DNA of 64,000 nucleotides from an uncultured Planctomycetaceae bacterium (GTDB lineage Bacteria; Planctomycetota; Planctomycetia; Planctomycetales; Planctomycetaceae). The stretch is from the NCBI GenBank assembly GCA_963813715.1, contig CAWFAK010000009.1:672001-736000 (forward strand). Reading direction: 5' to 3'. The position numbers were made by a program, and so were the translations under genes. Positions 1-9,124 of the stretch are shown here, piece after piece. The notes under the pieces are model-generated. The model was not told where the DNA came from, did not search any database, and saw only the letters and a program-made list of their open reading frames with translations. Numbering within the stretch: position 1 is the stretch's first letter; every line of letters starts with the position of its first letter.

Positions 1-45
1 CGGCTTTGGCGCATGTTGCCGTGATCGCGAGAGCCGACCACCCTT

Positions 46-1030
46 TCATTTCGCGCCGCTGGTTGCCACTCCGTCCTTGAGGCTGAGAGCCGACGTCACG
101 CCGGCTCCCGCACCGGCGATTTCGTCGAGCACGTCGGCCAGGCGGTACAGGCTTTCCGACCAGCCCTGGTCGCGGCCGGAGAGGAAGCGGAGCGTGATCG
201 GGTCGTGGATTTTTTCCACGGTGGCGCGAACGTTGATTCGCGTCATCGGGCCTTCTTGGCGAAAGTCGACGGCGTTCGTCGCCTCGAAGAGCGGCTTGCC
301 GCTCGGGTCAAGCGGCATGGCGGTGAAGACGAGCCGCTCGGGCCGCACGATTTCGAGAAACTCGCCGACCATCGGGCGGACGGTTCCGTCGGGGTGCTGC
401 ATGTCGACGCGGAGCTTGCCGCCGACGCGGAGGTCGAGTTCGCAGCGCGGGCTGGAAAAGCCGCGCGGTCCCCACCATTTCGCCAGATGGAGCGGGTCGG
501 TCCAGGCGGTCCAGACGAGTTCCCGCGGCGCGAGTACGACGCGCGACATCCGCATCTCGTGCGAGCCGGCCCCCATTGCCGCGAGCTCGACGGCAAACTT
601 GTCGAAGAGCTGCTCGTTGCCGGGAACGGCCAGGTGCTTGACGCTCCGGTAGGACTGAGGCGTGTCGAAGAGCTGCCGGAAGATGATCTTGGTTTTGCCG
701 TCGAGCTCTTCGAAGAAAATCGTCAGGCGGAAATTCGGCAGCGAGACGTGGTCGAGCACGAGCCGTTCGGGCGCCGGCGATTTCGACGAAACGAAACTCG
801 CCGGGGTAGTCCGTCCCGTTGGGGCCGTGCATCACGAGCCGCCAGACGCCGCCCGGCCGCAGGTCGAATTCCTGAGACGTCGTCGTGAAGCCGTTGGGCC
901 CCCACCATTTCACGAGGGCTTTCGGATCGGTCCAGGCGCGAAACACCAGTTCGCGCGGCGCGTCGAAGACGCGGGTGGTGACAATCTCACGGTTTGCGTA
1001 ATCGTCGGCGGGGATGGGCATGGCGGACAT
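46..1030 (-). CDS. Tandem SRPBCC/AHSA1 (START-like) domain protein; frameshift near 770
   Basis: Two AHSA1-type starts (EIVTTRVFDAPRELVFRAWTDP...WWGP; MRMSRVVLAPRELVWTAWTDP...WWGP) split between ORFs 308..1090 and 46..759; ATG at 1030 after AGGA. Confidence 0.85.
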
Positions 1031-1385
1031 GGCGTTTTTCCTGTTTGGACGAAGCTTGCAGTTCTTTGAGGTGTTCGGCCAGGCGATCAAATGATTCGGA
1101 CCAGAAGCGGCGATAGTGATCCATCCAGTTGTCGACTTCCTCGAGCGGCGCGGTGCACAGCCGGCACGGACGAGTCTGGGCCGAGCGGCTCCGCGTGATG
1201 AACCGGGCCCGCTCGAGCACTTTGAGATGCTTCGAGATCGCGGGCAGGCTCAAGTCGAAGGGCTCGGCCAGCTCGTTGACCGTTTTTTCGCCGGTCGCCA
1301 GCTGAGCCAGAATGGCCCGCCGCGTCGGATCGGCGAGGACGGCGAACGTGCGAGTGAGTGAGTCGTGGGCTTTGGAAGCGGGCAT
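987..1385 (-). CDS. ArsR/SmtB-family transcriptional regulator
   Basis: FAVLADPTRRAIL...LAEPFDLSLPAISKHLKVLERA HTH; typical ArsR-SRPBCC pair. Confidence 0.92.
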   Translation of the reverse strand: MPASKAHDSLTRTFAVLADPTRRAILAQLATGEKTVNELAEPFDLSLPAISKHLKVLERARFITRSRSAQTRPCRLCTAPLEEVDNWMDHYRRFWSESFDRLAEHLKELQASSKQEKRHVRHAHPRRRLRKP

Positions 1386-1401
1386 GAGGATCGACGAGTA
1401 T

Positions 1402-1457
1402 TTAACCGTCAGGGTAATTAACTATCGTAGAGTACAGACTGGTGATCCGTTCGTCAA
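1402..1457 (-). promoter_or_regulatory. Putative sigma70 promoter and ArsR operator
   Basis: TTGACG (1457-1452), 17 bp, TACTCT (1434-1429); imperfect palindrome TTAACC-N4-GGGTAA at 1402-1417. Confidence 0.55.
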
Positions 1458-1613
1458 GAGTGGTTAACCACGCATCGAGACCTAAAGGGTTGACACTACA
1501 GCCGGGTGAGCAAATAGCCCGGATCTGAGGCTCGCCCACGTTCCGTCAAGTGAGGCTCAACGGGCTGAGACAATGCTATCGACCGTGCTCGGCCTCGTCG
1601 CAGCCCGGCTTCG

Positions 1614-2220
1614 TCAATCAGCTCGTCGCGTCATCAAGCACGACCAGGCCAAAAAGCCTTCGGGCGGCGCGGGGACCTCGAAGCGGAATTCGCGGAGGAA
1701 CTGGATCTCGAACACCGGCTCCAGCTCGTTGCAGATTTCGGCGGCGGTCATCGTCGGTGGGCCCGTGGGGCCTTTTTCGTTCGCGTTGCCCGCTGAGCAG
1801 CAGGAATCGCGTGCCGGGTCGCGTCAGTCGCTTGAGCGTTTTGATGAAGCCGGGCTGGTCGATCCGCCGGGCCGCGTGATAGCAGCCGCGATCGAACACA
1901 AAATCAAACGGCGGCACATCGAGCGTGAAACGGCACAGGTCGGCTTCGAGGAAGTTCACCTTGGCTTTCGCGTCGGCCGCTTTCTGCCGCGCGGCGGTCA
2001 CAGCAGCGGAGGAAAAGTCGAACCCCGTCACGTCGAATCCCCGCGACGCCAGATAAATCGCATTCGTCCCCGTCCCGCAGCCCAGCTCGGCCGCCCGTCC
2101 GGGCTTGATCGACCCGGCGTCGAGCACGCGGATCAGCTCCTTCGAAGGCACGCCCGAATCCCACGGAAGCTCGCCGTCGACGTAGTGCTGGTTCCAATCT
2201 TGCGGGGTCATGTGAGCCAT
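1614..2220 (-). CDS. Class I SAM-dependent methyltransferase (TPMT/TehB-like); frameshift near 1790
   Basis: ELGCGTG motif I, FDFVFDRGCYH; C-terminus continues in another frame to ...WSCLMTRRAD*. Confidence 0.85.
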
Positions 2221-2309
2221 CGGTCGGTCTCCCTCCGTCTGTCGATCTTGCTGGCTGGGTCTGCCCTATTTTAGGCGCGCGGCCGTGACTTGGAACGCAG
2301 TCCAGCCGT

Positions 2310-4157
2310 TCAGAGAATGCCATGCAACGGCCCGCCGGGCGCCGCGAGTTGATCGACACTCTTGCTGACGGCCGGATCTTCGACCAGCGGCGGTGCGTGG
2401 TGCGGCTTGAGCCGCGCGTCGATGATCGAGCGATCCGCGGCAGCCCCAATGTTTGTCGCGGACAAAACTCCCGATGCCGTGCGACGTCGGCCGCCGGGTT
2501 CGAGCGGGTGAACGTCGTCCAGAGAAAGTTGTTCAGCGAGCCGCTCGCGAATTGGCTGTCGTCGACGAGCACCACGAGCGGAAAGGCGTTGAGCGGATGG
2601 TTCGCGTCGACGGCGGCACACAATCGCGCGACGGCCGGCTCGATCTCGCCCTCGCCGCGAACGAACGGCGGAGCGTCGAGTCGCCAGGATGCCCGGCAAG
2701 CAGAGCCGCGGGTTCGCGAAACCGTCGGGCAGACGCAGTTCGGGCGGAACGCTCGTCGGCAGCGGGCGGCGCGGCGGGCCGGCAGCGGCGATCACCAGTT
2801 TCGAGCCGGCGTTCAGTTCGCCGCTGGTGTAGTCGAGCGTGTCGATCGTCGTGCACGTCTGAAAGTGCAGGTCGGTCGTCCAATCGACGCGGGACAAAAC
2901 GTGCGCGAAGAACGCGGGGACGTCATTGATGTCGAGCTGCGGATCGTCCTCTTGAGCGGCGATTAGCAGATACTTGGCGAGCGACAGTTGCCCCTGGCCG
3001 AGAATGGCGTTGGCGTTGGTCAGCAACTCCTGCGGTTTGCGGCGGCCGGCATACGGGACGTAGCGCTCGCTGCCGATCGCCAACAGGAGCGGATGCACGC
3101 CGGCCGCGTCGACCGCGTGGACCGCGTGCACGCCGGGGATCACCGTCGGCAGAATCGGCCCGGTGAGGTCGTGGATCAGCTCGCCGAACGACGTGTCCTC
3201 CTGCGGCGGCCGGCCGACGACGGTGAAGGGCCAGATGGCGCCGGGCCGGTGATAGACGGCATCGACGTCGAGCACCGGAAAATCGTGCGCCAGACTGTAA
3301 TAGCCGAGATGGTCGCCGAACGGGCCTTCGGGCAAAACTTTCTGCGGGTCGACCGTGCCGCTGATGCAAAAGTCGGCCTCGGCATAAATCGGGCAGCTGA
3401 CCGGTCGCGCGAGATCATCGGAATCCGTCGGCCGGCCAGCGCCCCGGCGAACGTCAGCTCGCTCAGCCCCTCGGGCAAAGGCATCACGGCGGCGAGCATC
3501 ATGGCCGGCGTGCCGCCGACAAACACGTTCACGCGCAAGCGGCTCGCCGCGGCGAATGGCCGCCGCGTGATGCACGCCGATCGAGCGGTGGATCTGATAG
3601 TGCAGGCCGACCTGCGCGATTGGGAACGTATTGTCCGCCCGACAGCTGGATGCGATACATGCCCAGGTTGGACTGGGCGAAGCCGGGCCGGTCGGGATGC
3701 TCGGTATAAACCTCGGGCAGCGTGACGAACGCGCCGGCATCACGCGGCCAGTTGACGAGCTGCGGCAACTGGTCGATCGTCGTGCGGTTTTCCAGCACCG
3801 GCCCACGGCTCACGCGCTTTGGCCGCATCGTCCAGAGGGCGGCGGGCACGCCCCGATAGTGCCAGGGGCGTTTCCAGGCGTCGGCCGGATCGATTTTGAG
3901 CGCGATCAGTCGCCGAACGGCCTCGAGCGTGTCGCGGAACAGGAAACGGGTCCGCTCCCGCGTGCCGAACAAATTGCTGACCATCGGGAAGCGGCAACCC
4001 TTGACCCGTGCATAAAATAGAGCGGGGCCCTGCCCTGGTACACGCGGCGCTGGATCTCGGCCGCTTGCAGATGCGGATCGATTTCGGTTTCGATCCGCAC
4101 GAGCTGGCCGGTGCGTTCCAGGTCACGGACGCACTCTTGCAGGTTGCGATAGCCCAT
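2310..4157 (-). CDS. UbiD-family (prFMN) decarboxylase; several frameshifts
   Basis: MGYRNLQECVRDLE start, NLGMYRIQ, EGPFGDHLGYY, GRPPQED and DARLKPHHAP motifs spread across ORF fragments. Confidence 0.9.
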
Positions 4158-4284
4158 CGGGGAAAGGGAGTCTTCAGGTCAGCGTTGTCGACCGCTCGAC
4201 AGATTGTAGTCGCGCGAGCCGCCGGAGGCCGCGTGCCCCCGCGTTCATCTTTCCAAATCGTGTGCAGGATGGTTTACTGACGAC

Positions 4285-7200
4285 ATGAAAGTAAAGCGGA
4301 CCGCGCCGCAAGGCGAACCGGCGGAGCCGGATCCTCGAATCTTGCAGGAAATCCTCGGCTACCTGAACTTCTCCGGCGGCAAGCCGGACGCGGCTTTCCA
4401 GCGGAACTGGAACACGCTTTTTGCCGATGGGGAGCCCGCTGGCCAGGCCACGGCGGTCAAAAGCCTGCTGCTGGAGCACCTGCAGCGGCTCCAGCCGTCC
4501 GTCCCCGCCTTTCACGATTCGAGCCAGGCGCAGGCCGTCCTCGAGCTGACCTTCGACCATTGCCTGCCGGCCTATCGGCGGCATCACGCCGACCTCTTAT
4601 TCCACCTGCCGCCGGCCGAATTCGAGCACCCCTTCTTCCTGGCGCGGATGATCGAGGCCATCCTCGAACAAGGCTCGCCTTGGAACCAGAATGAGCGGAT
4701 CGTCCACGGGACGATCAGCAAGCTCAACGACTTCCTCGGCTACCGCCCGCTGGCTGTGCTGGAAAACGGCCGGCAGATGGAACCTTACCCGCACGAGCGG
4801 TTTCGACCCGTGCCGCTCGCTCTGCGGGATGCGGGCGTGGCGCACGGCCCCTATCACGACCTGATCGAGCGGACGATCGCCTTCCTGCGGGACACGCCCG
4901 CCGAAATCCTCCGCGAGTCGCACTTCGATCCCGATCACATGGAAGAGTTGGCCCTCGACGTGCGGGCGCACGACCACACGCATCCCGTCACCAAGCGGAC
5001 GAACTACACCTTCGGCGAGTGGGACCCGCACCGCATCGACACCAAGGGGACCTACACTCGGTTCGTCCTCCGTAAGATCGTGCTCGACGCGCTCCTCGAT
5101 TGGATCGGCCAGCAGCAAAAGCTCAGCCTGGAGGAGCGCTATTACGACGCGGCCGCCGTACTCAGCGGCACGATGCTGATGGCCTCGTCGATCAGCGGAG
5201 CCGGTCCCGAAAGCCACGACTCCAGCGTGAACCTGATTTCGCTGTTGCCGAAAGTGGCCCGGCAGCGGGACGCTTACTACGAACGCCTGATGACCGAAGC
5301 CAAGGGACCGCGCCGCGCACGGCTGCGTCGCGAAGCCAAGGTGACGCAGCAGCCGTTCGGCCACATCCGCCAGCACTTGAACATCATCCTGGCGCGGCAC
5401 GGGGCGGCGCAAGTGCAGGACCGGCACGTGTCGGGGATTTATGCGCAGCTCGGTTATCCGCAGGCGGCCCGCGAACAAAGCGCACGAGTGCCCGCCGCCT
5501 CGGCCCGCTTCGAGACCGAGATCGAATGGCGCCTCGTGGCGGCCGATCGCGCCGTCGAGCGCGGCGCCACGCGCGAAGCGGCCCAGTTGCTCGACGAGAT
5601 CGAAGATCATCTCGATCGGGGGATCGACTGCGGGGCGCTCGCCGATCCGTGGAACATCCTGGGCTTTCAGGGCATGTTTCCGCTCTTTTCGTCGCGCGAG
5701 GACTCCGTTCCCGACCAGCGCGTGCCGGAACTGATCGACTTCATGGAGGGGCTGTTCAGCGTTTATTCGCGGGCGCTGGGCGAAGCGGCCGCACTTGCCG
5801 ACCACGAGATGGTCGCCAGGCTCTCGTCGGTGTTCGAACGGCGGGCCGCCTGGTGGGACAAATTTGCGACGACGACCGTCGAGGACGTGCCGCACGTTTC
5901 GGGACGGGAAAGCTTCGAGTCGGCCGTCCGCGTGGCCCAGACGTTGCGTGCCTGGAGCGAGGCGGGCGAGGCGGCCGGCGATATCTCCTTCTGGCGGACG
6001 CGCGTCGAGCAGTTCGAGTCGGCTCGCGCGTACGCGCTCGTCGTCGACGTGCTGCTCCGCCGCCAGGATTTCGTCGCCGCGATGGGCCTGTTGATCCAAT
6101 GGCTGAGCGACGGGGAGAACGTCGGCCTGGAGTCGGAAGGCTATTCCTTCCACGCGCTGTTGCTGCGGTGGATGCACGGACTTTTGGGGACCGAGCCGGC
6201 GGCCGGCGCCGTCGTGCCGACGCGTGAAGACTGCTGGCCGGCGATTCGGCGGCTGTTCGATTTTCTCGAAGCCAACGCCGGTCCCTACTGGACCGTCCCG
6301 ATGCTGGCCGATGCGCTCGGCAACGCGCCGATCACTCGTGCAACCCAAAGCGAGGAAGAGGAAGACGTCAAAGAGGACGAAGCAGCGGCCGAGGACGAGT
6401 CCACACAGGAAGACCAGTCGCTGTTCCAGGCCGCCTACGAAGGCGTCGTCTATCGCGATAGCACGCGCGACGGCCGTGAGGGGGACACGCTCGACAGCGG
6501 ACCGACGGCGGAAACCGCCGAGGTCGAAGCCCTCACCCGTTTCTTCGATCCGCGCTTGCGATTCATCAACACGCTGGCGCAGGCCTGGTTGATGGCCGCT
6601 CTGAATTTCGCGGGCAACGGTCGCTCGGCGGCTTCGTCCGCGCCGGAAGCGTCGGGCAGCTCGCGGGACGAGATTATCTCGGGCTGGCGGCGCAAGGCCC
6701 GCTCCCTCAGCCGCGACTTGTCGAAACTGGCCGACCAGTTCGCCCAGTACGAGCTGCCGATGCCGTCGGGCGATCACGACGAGAACGTGGAATACGATTA
6801 TCAACGGCACGCCCAGCTCTACTTGCTGCACTCGGTCGTGGTGACGCAGGTGCGGCTGCGAATGGCCGAGCGGCTGCTCACGGCCTGTCTGCCCGCCGAG
6901 CGCACGGGCGGCGAGCTCTCCCCAGCCGAGGGGCGGATCGTCGACGTGTTTCGAGCGGTCGTCCATCGCGACGCGGGCCGCTTGCGGCGACTCTTGCCGG
7001 GCCTGCGGAAACATCTGCAGACCAAGCCCCTGCTCTACGTGGCGCTCGACAGCGGCGGCAAGCCGGGACAATTTCGGCAGGCGAAACTCCTGCAGGCAAC
7101 GCTGCGATTCTTGCTCTCGCAGTTGCCGCGGGCGGGCTGCCTCCGCGAGACGTGGCAACTGCTGCAGACGGTCTACAACATGGAGCGCGGCGCACGGCCG

Positions 7201-8499
7201 CCAGGCATGGTCGTCAGCGAATTCGATCAGCTGTTTCGCACGGCCCTCAAATCGACGCTGGAAAGCATCGTCCGCTCCTCCAGTCGCTGGCGCTTCGACG
7301 AGAGCAATGCCCGCGGGCGCGACGGCGTGCCGCAGCGCGCCGACGATCCGGCGGCGCCTCCGCCGCAGCGGCGGGCTTGGGAGCGGCGGACGGGCGGTCG
7401 CGGCAAGCCGTCCGGCCAGGCGTCGCGATCCGCCATCTGGTACGCCGGCACCTTGCGGGCGACGGGCCCGTTCCCGGCCGCCCGGCGGGCCGCGTGGCGC
7501 AACGACCAACTGGTGACGACCGCCAGCGACGTTGTGCAGCGTTACATGAAGCTGTGGCTCACGCACAGCCGCTCGATGCGGCTCTCGAGCGTCGAGGAAA
7601 TGTCGGAGACCGCGGTCTGGAAGCGGGTGCGGGCGTTCATCGAAAACTACGGGGCCGACCTGTTTCACGCCAAGGTGCTGACGCTCGGCAACATTCGCAC
7701 GATTCTCGACGCGGGCATCGCCGACTTCATCGACTACCTGGACGAGAGCCGCGATCCGATCCACCCGGTCAAGCTGATCGACGACCTGGAAGCCGGCGCC
7801 ATCGATTCCGAAAAGGCGATGACCTATCTCGAGCTGATCTACGAAACCATCGTCGACAAGTTCGATCGCTACGTGGAATACAACACGACGACGACCCATT
7901 CCGACTACGGGGAGAAGTTCTACTGCCTGCTCGATTTTCTGCGGGCCGAGTCGGCTTACGAGCGGGATGCCTGGAACCTCAGCCCGATCAGCCTGTGCCA
8001 CGAGCTGTTTTCGGAGTGCGGCCGGCCGGCGGCCGCGCGGGCCTGGGAGCAGGATTTCCGCGCCCGCTCCGGATCGGTCGCCAACAAGCACCTGATTCGG
8101 CTGCGCTCGCTCGAGAAGAAATACGGCATGCGGCTGCCTTCGATCTCCGATCGGCTGGCGGAGCGATTCGTCAAGCCGCTCGCCGTCCACCGCATGCGGG
8201 CCCTCTTGCCGCAGGCGCTCCGCGACGCGCGGCAGCAGCGGGAAACGTCGGCCGCGTTCGACGCCTTGCGGGCCGAGATCGACGAGTACCTGCAGACGAC
8301 CAACGGCTCGGGCATCGACGTCCCAATTTGGCTGCGGACGCTCGAACGAGACCTGATCCACCTGATGGACGAATCCTCGAGCGTGCTCGAAACGCTGGAG
8401 ACGCCGCGGCTGCACGCCGCCACGCTTTTGACGTGGAACCGGCTGCAACTGGAACTGCAGCGCTGGGACGATACGCCGACGAAACGCCCCGAGCGGTGA
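4285..8499 (+). CDS. Large hypothetical protein (1404 aa), probably mostly helical
   Basis: Uninterrupted ORF with host-like codon usage; no recognised catalytic motif. Confidence 0.85.
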   Translation: MKVKRTAPQGEPAEPDPRILQEILGYLNFSGGKPDAAFQRNWNTLFADGEPAGQATAVKSLLLEHLQRLQPSVPAFHDSSQAQAVLELTFDHCLPAYRRHHADLLFHLPPAEFEHPFFLARMIEAILEQGSPWNQNERIVHGTISKLNDFLGYRPLAVLENGRQMEPYPHERFRPVPLALRDAGVAHGPYHDLIERTIAFLRDTPAEILRESHFDPDHMEELALDVRAHDHTHPVTKRTNYTFGEWDPHRIDTKGTYTRFVLRKIVLDALLDWIGQQQKLSLEERYYDAAAVLSGTMLMASSISGAGPESHDSSVNLISLLPKVARQRDAYYERLMTEAKGPRRARLRREAKVTQQPFGHIRQHLNIILARHGAAQVQDRHVSGIYAQLGYPQAAREQSARVPAASARFETEIEWRLVAADRAVERGATREAAQLLDEIEDHLDRGIDCGALADPWNILGFQGMFPLFSSREDSVPDQRVPELIDFMEGLFSVYSRALGEAAALADHEMVARLSSVFERRAAWWDKFATTTVEDVPHVSGRESFESAVRVAQTLRAWSEAGEAAGDISFWRTRVEQFESARAYALVVDVLLRRQDFVAAMGLLIQWLSDGENVGLESEGYSFHALLLRWMHGLLGTEPAAGAVVPTREDCWPAIRRLFDFLEANAGPYWTVPMLADALGNAPITRATQSEEEEDVKEDEAAAEDESTQEDQSLFQAAYEGVVYRDSTRDGREGDTLDSGPTAETAEVEALTRFFDPRLRFINTLAQAWLMAALNFAGNGRSAASSAPEASGSSRDEIISGWRRKARSLSRDLSKLADQFAQYELPMPSGDHDENVEYDYQRHAQLYLLHSVVVTQVRLRMAERLLTACLPAERTGGELSPAEGRIVDVFRAVVHRDAGRLRRLLPGLRKHLQTKPLLYVALDSGGKPGQFRQAKLLQATLRFLLSQLPRAGCLRETWQLLQTVYNMERGARPPGMVVSEFDQLFRTALKSTLESIVRSSSRWRFDESNARGRDGVPQRADDPAAPPPQRRAWERRTGGRGKPSGQASRSAIWYAGTLRATGPFPAARRAAWRNDQLVTTASDVVQRYMKLWLTHSRSMRLSSVEEMSETAVWKRVRAFIENYGADLFHAKVLTLGNIRTILDAGIADFIDYLDESRDPIHPVKLIDDLEAGAIDSEKAMTYLELIYETIVDKFDRYVEYNTTTTHSDYGEKFYCLLDFLRAESAYERDAWNLSPISLCHELFSECGRPAAARAWEQDFRARSGSVANKHLIRLRSLEKKYGMRLPSISDRLAERFVKPLAVHRMRALLPQALRDARQQRETSAAFDALRAEIDEYLQTTNGSGIDVPIWLRTLERDLIHLMDESSSVLETLETPRLHAATLLTWNRLQLELQRWDDTPTKRPER

Positions 8500-8619
8500 A
8501 CTGCGGGGACGTAACCGATCGTGTCCCGCAGCAGCGAACTGCGTTTCGCGCACGTGCTTTTCGGGCACGCACGTCGTGCCGTCCATCGTGCCGTCGGAAT
8601 GGATCGTGAACGTGACCGC
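8464..8619. repeat. 156-bp diverged direct repeat, copy 1 (copy 2 at 12081-12236)
   Basis: Colinear with copy 2, about 29 mismatches by eye; encodes WDDTPTKRPER* on + and a ComEC C-terminal copy on -. Confidence 0.9.
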
Positions 8620-8656
8620 GCGATGGCTCAACTGGGCGCGCTTCCTTGGATTCGCG

Positions 8657-8705
8657 TTGACTTAGCGAACGATTTCGCTAAGATGACTAGCGAATTCTTT
8701 CGCTA
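8657..8705 (+). promoter_or_regulatory. blaI promoter with two palindromic operators
   Basis: TTGACT-16-TAAGAT overlapped by CTTAGCGAA-N4-TTCGCTAAG (8661-8682); second TAGCGAA-N4-TTCGCTA (8688-8705). Confidence 0.8.
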
Positions 8706-8737
8706 TCCACGATAGCAGGAAGTAAGGAGCGGATCTC

Positions 8738-9124
8738 ATGGCGCGGCCGCCCGCCTCGCAGCCAACCGACGTCGAGCTGCAAATCCTGGCCATTCTCTGG
8801 GAGCTGGGCCCCAGCCCGGTGCGCGAGATCCACGGGCGGCTGGGCGCGGCCAAAGGGACCAACTACTCGACCACGGTCAAAATGCTCGCCGTCATGCTCG
8901 AGAAGGGGCTCGTCAAACGGGACGAATCGGCCCGACCGCATGTCTATCGCGTGGCCGAGGCGCGGCAGCGAACGCAGAAGCGGATGCTTGCCGCTCTGAT
9001 CGACCGAGTGTTCGACGGGTCGTCGATGAGTCTCGTGCTGCAAGCGCTCTCCTCGCGGCCGGCGTCCAAATCCGACCTCGACGAAATTCGCCGGCTGATC
9101 GACCGGCTGGAAGGAAAGACGTGA
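8738..9124 (+). CDS. BlaI/MecI/CopY-family repressor
   Basis: PTDVELQILAILWELGPSPVREIH...YSTTVKML...LIDRVFDGS. Confidence 0.93.
   Translation: MARPPASQPTDVELQILAILWELGPSPVREIHGRLGAAKGTNYSTTVKMLAVMLEKGLVKRDESARPHVYRVAEARQRTQKRMLAALIDRVFDGSSMSLVLQALSSRPASKSDLDEIRRLIDRLEGKT

Noticed and set aside
2310..4157. Programmed frameshifting in the split genes
   Set aside because: Shifts are numerous, in both directions and lack consistent slippery sites; sequencing error is simpler.
4597..8631. 1344-aa antisense ORF
   Set aside because: High-GC shadow of the + strand gene; its ComEC-like first residues come from the 156-bp duplication.
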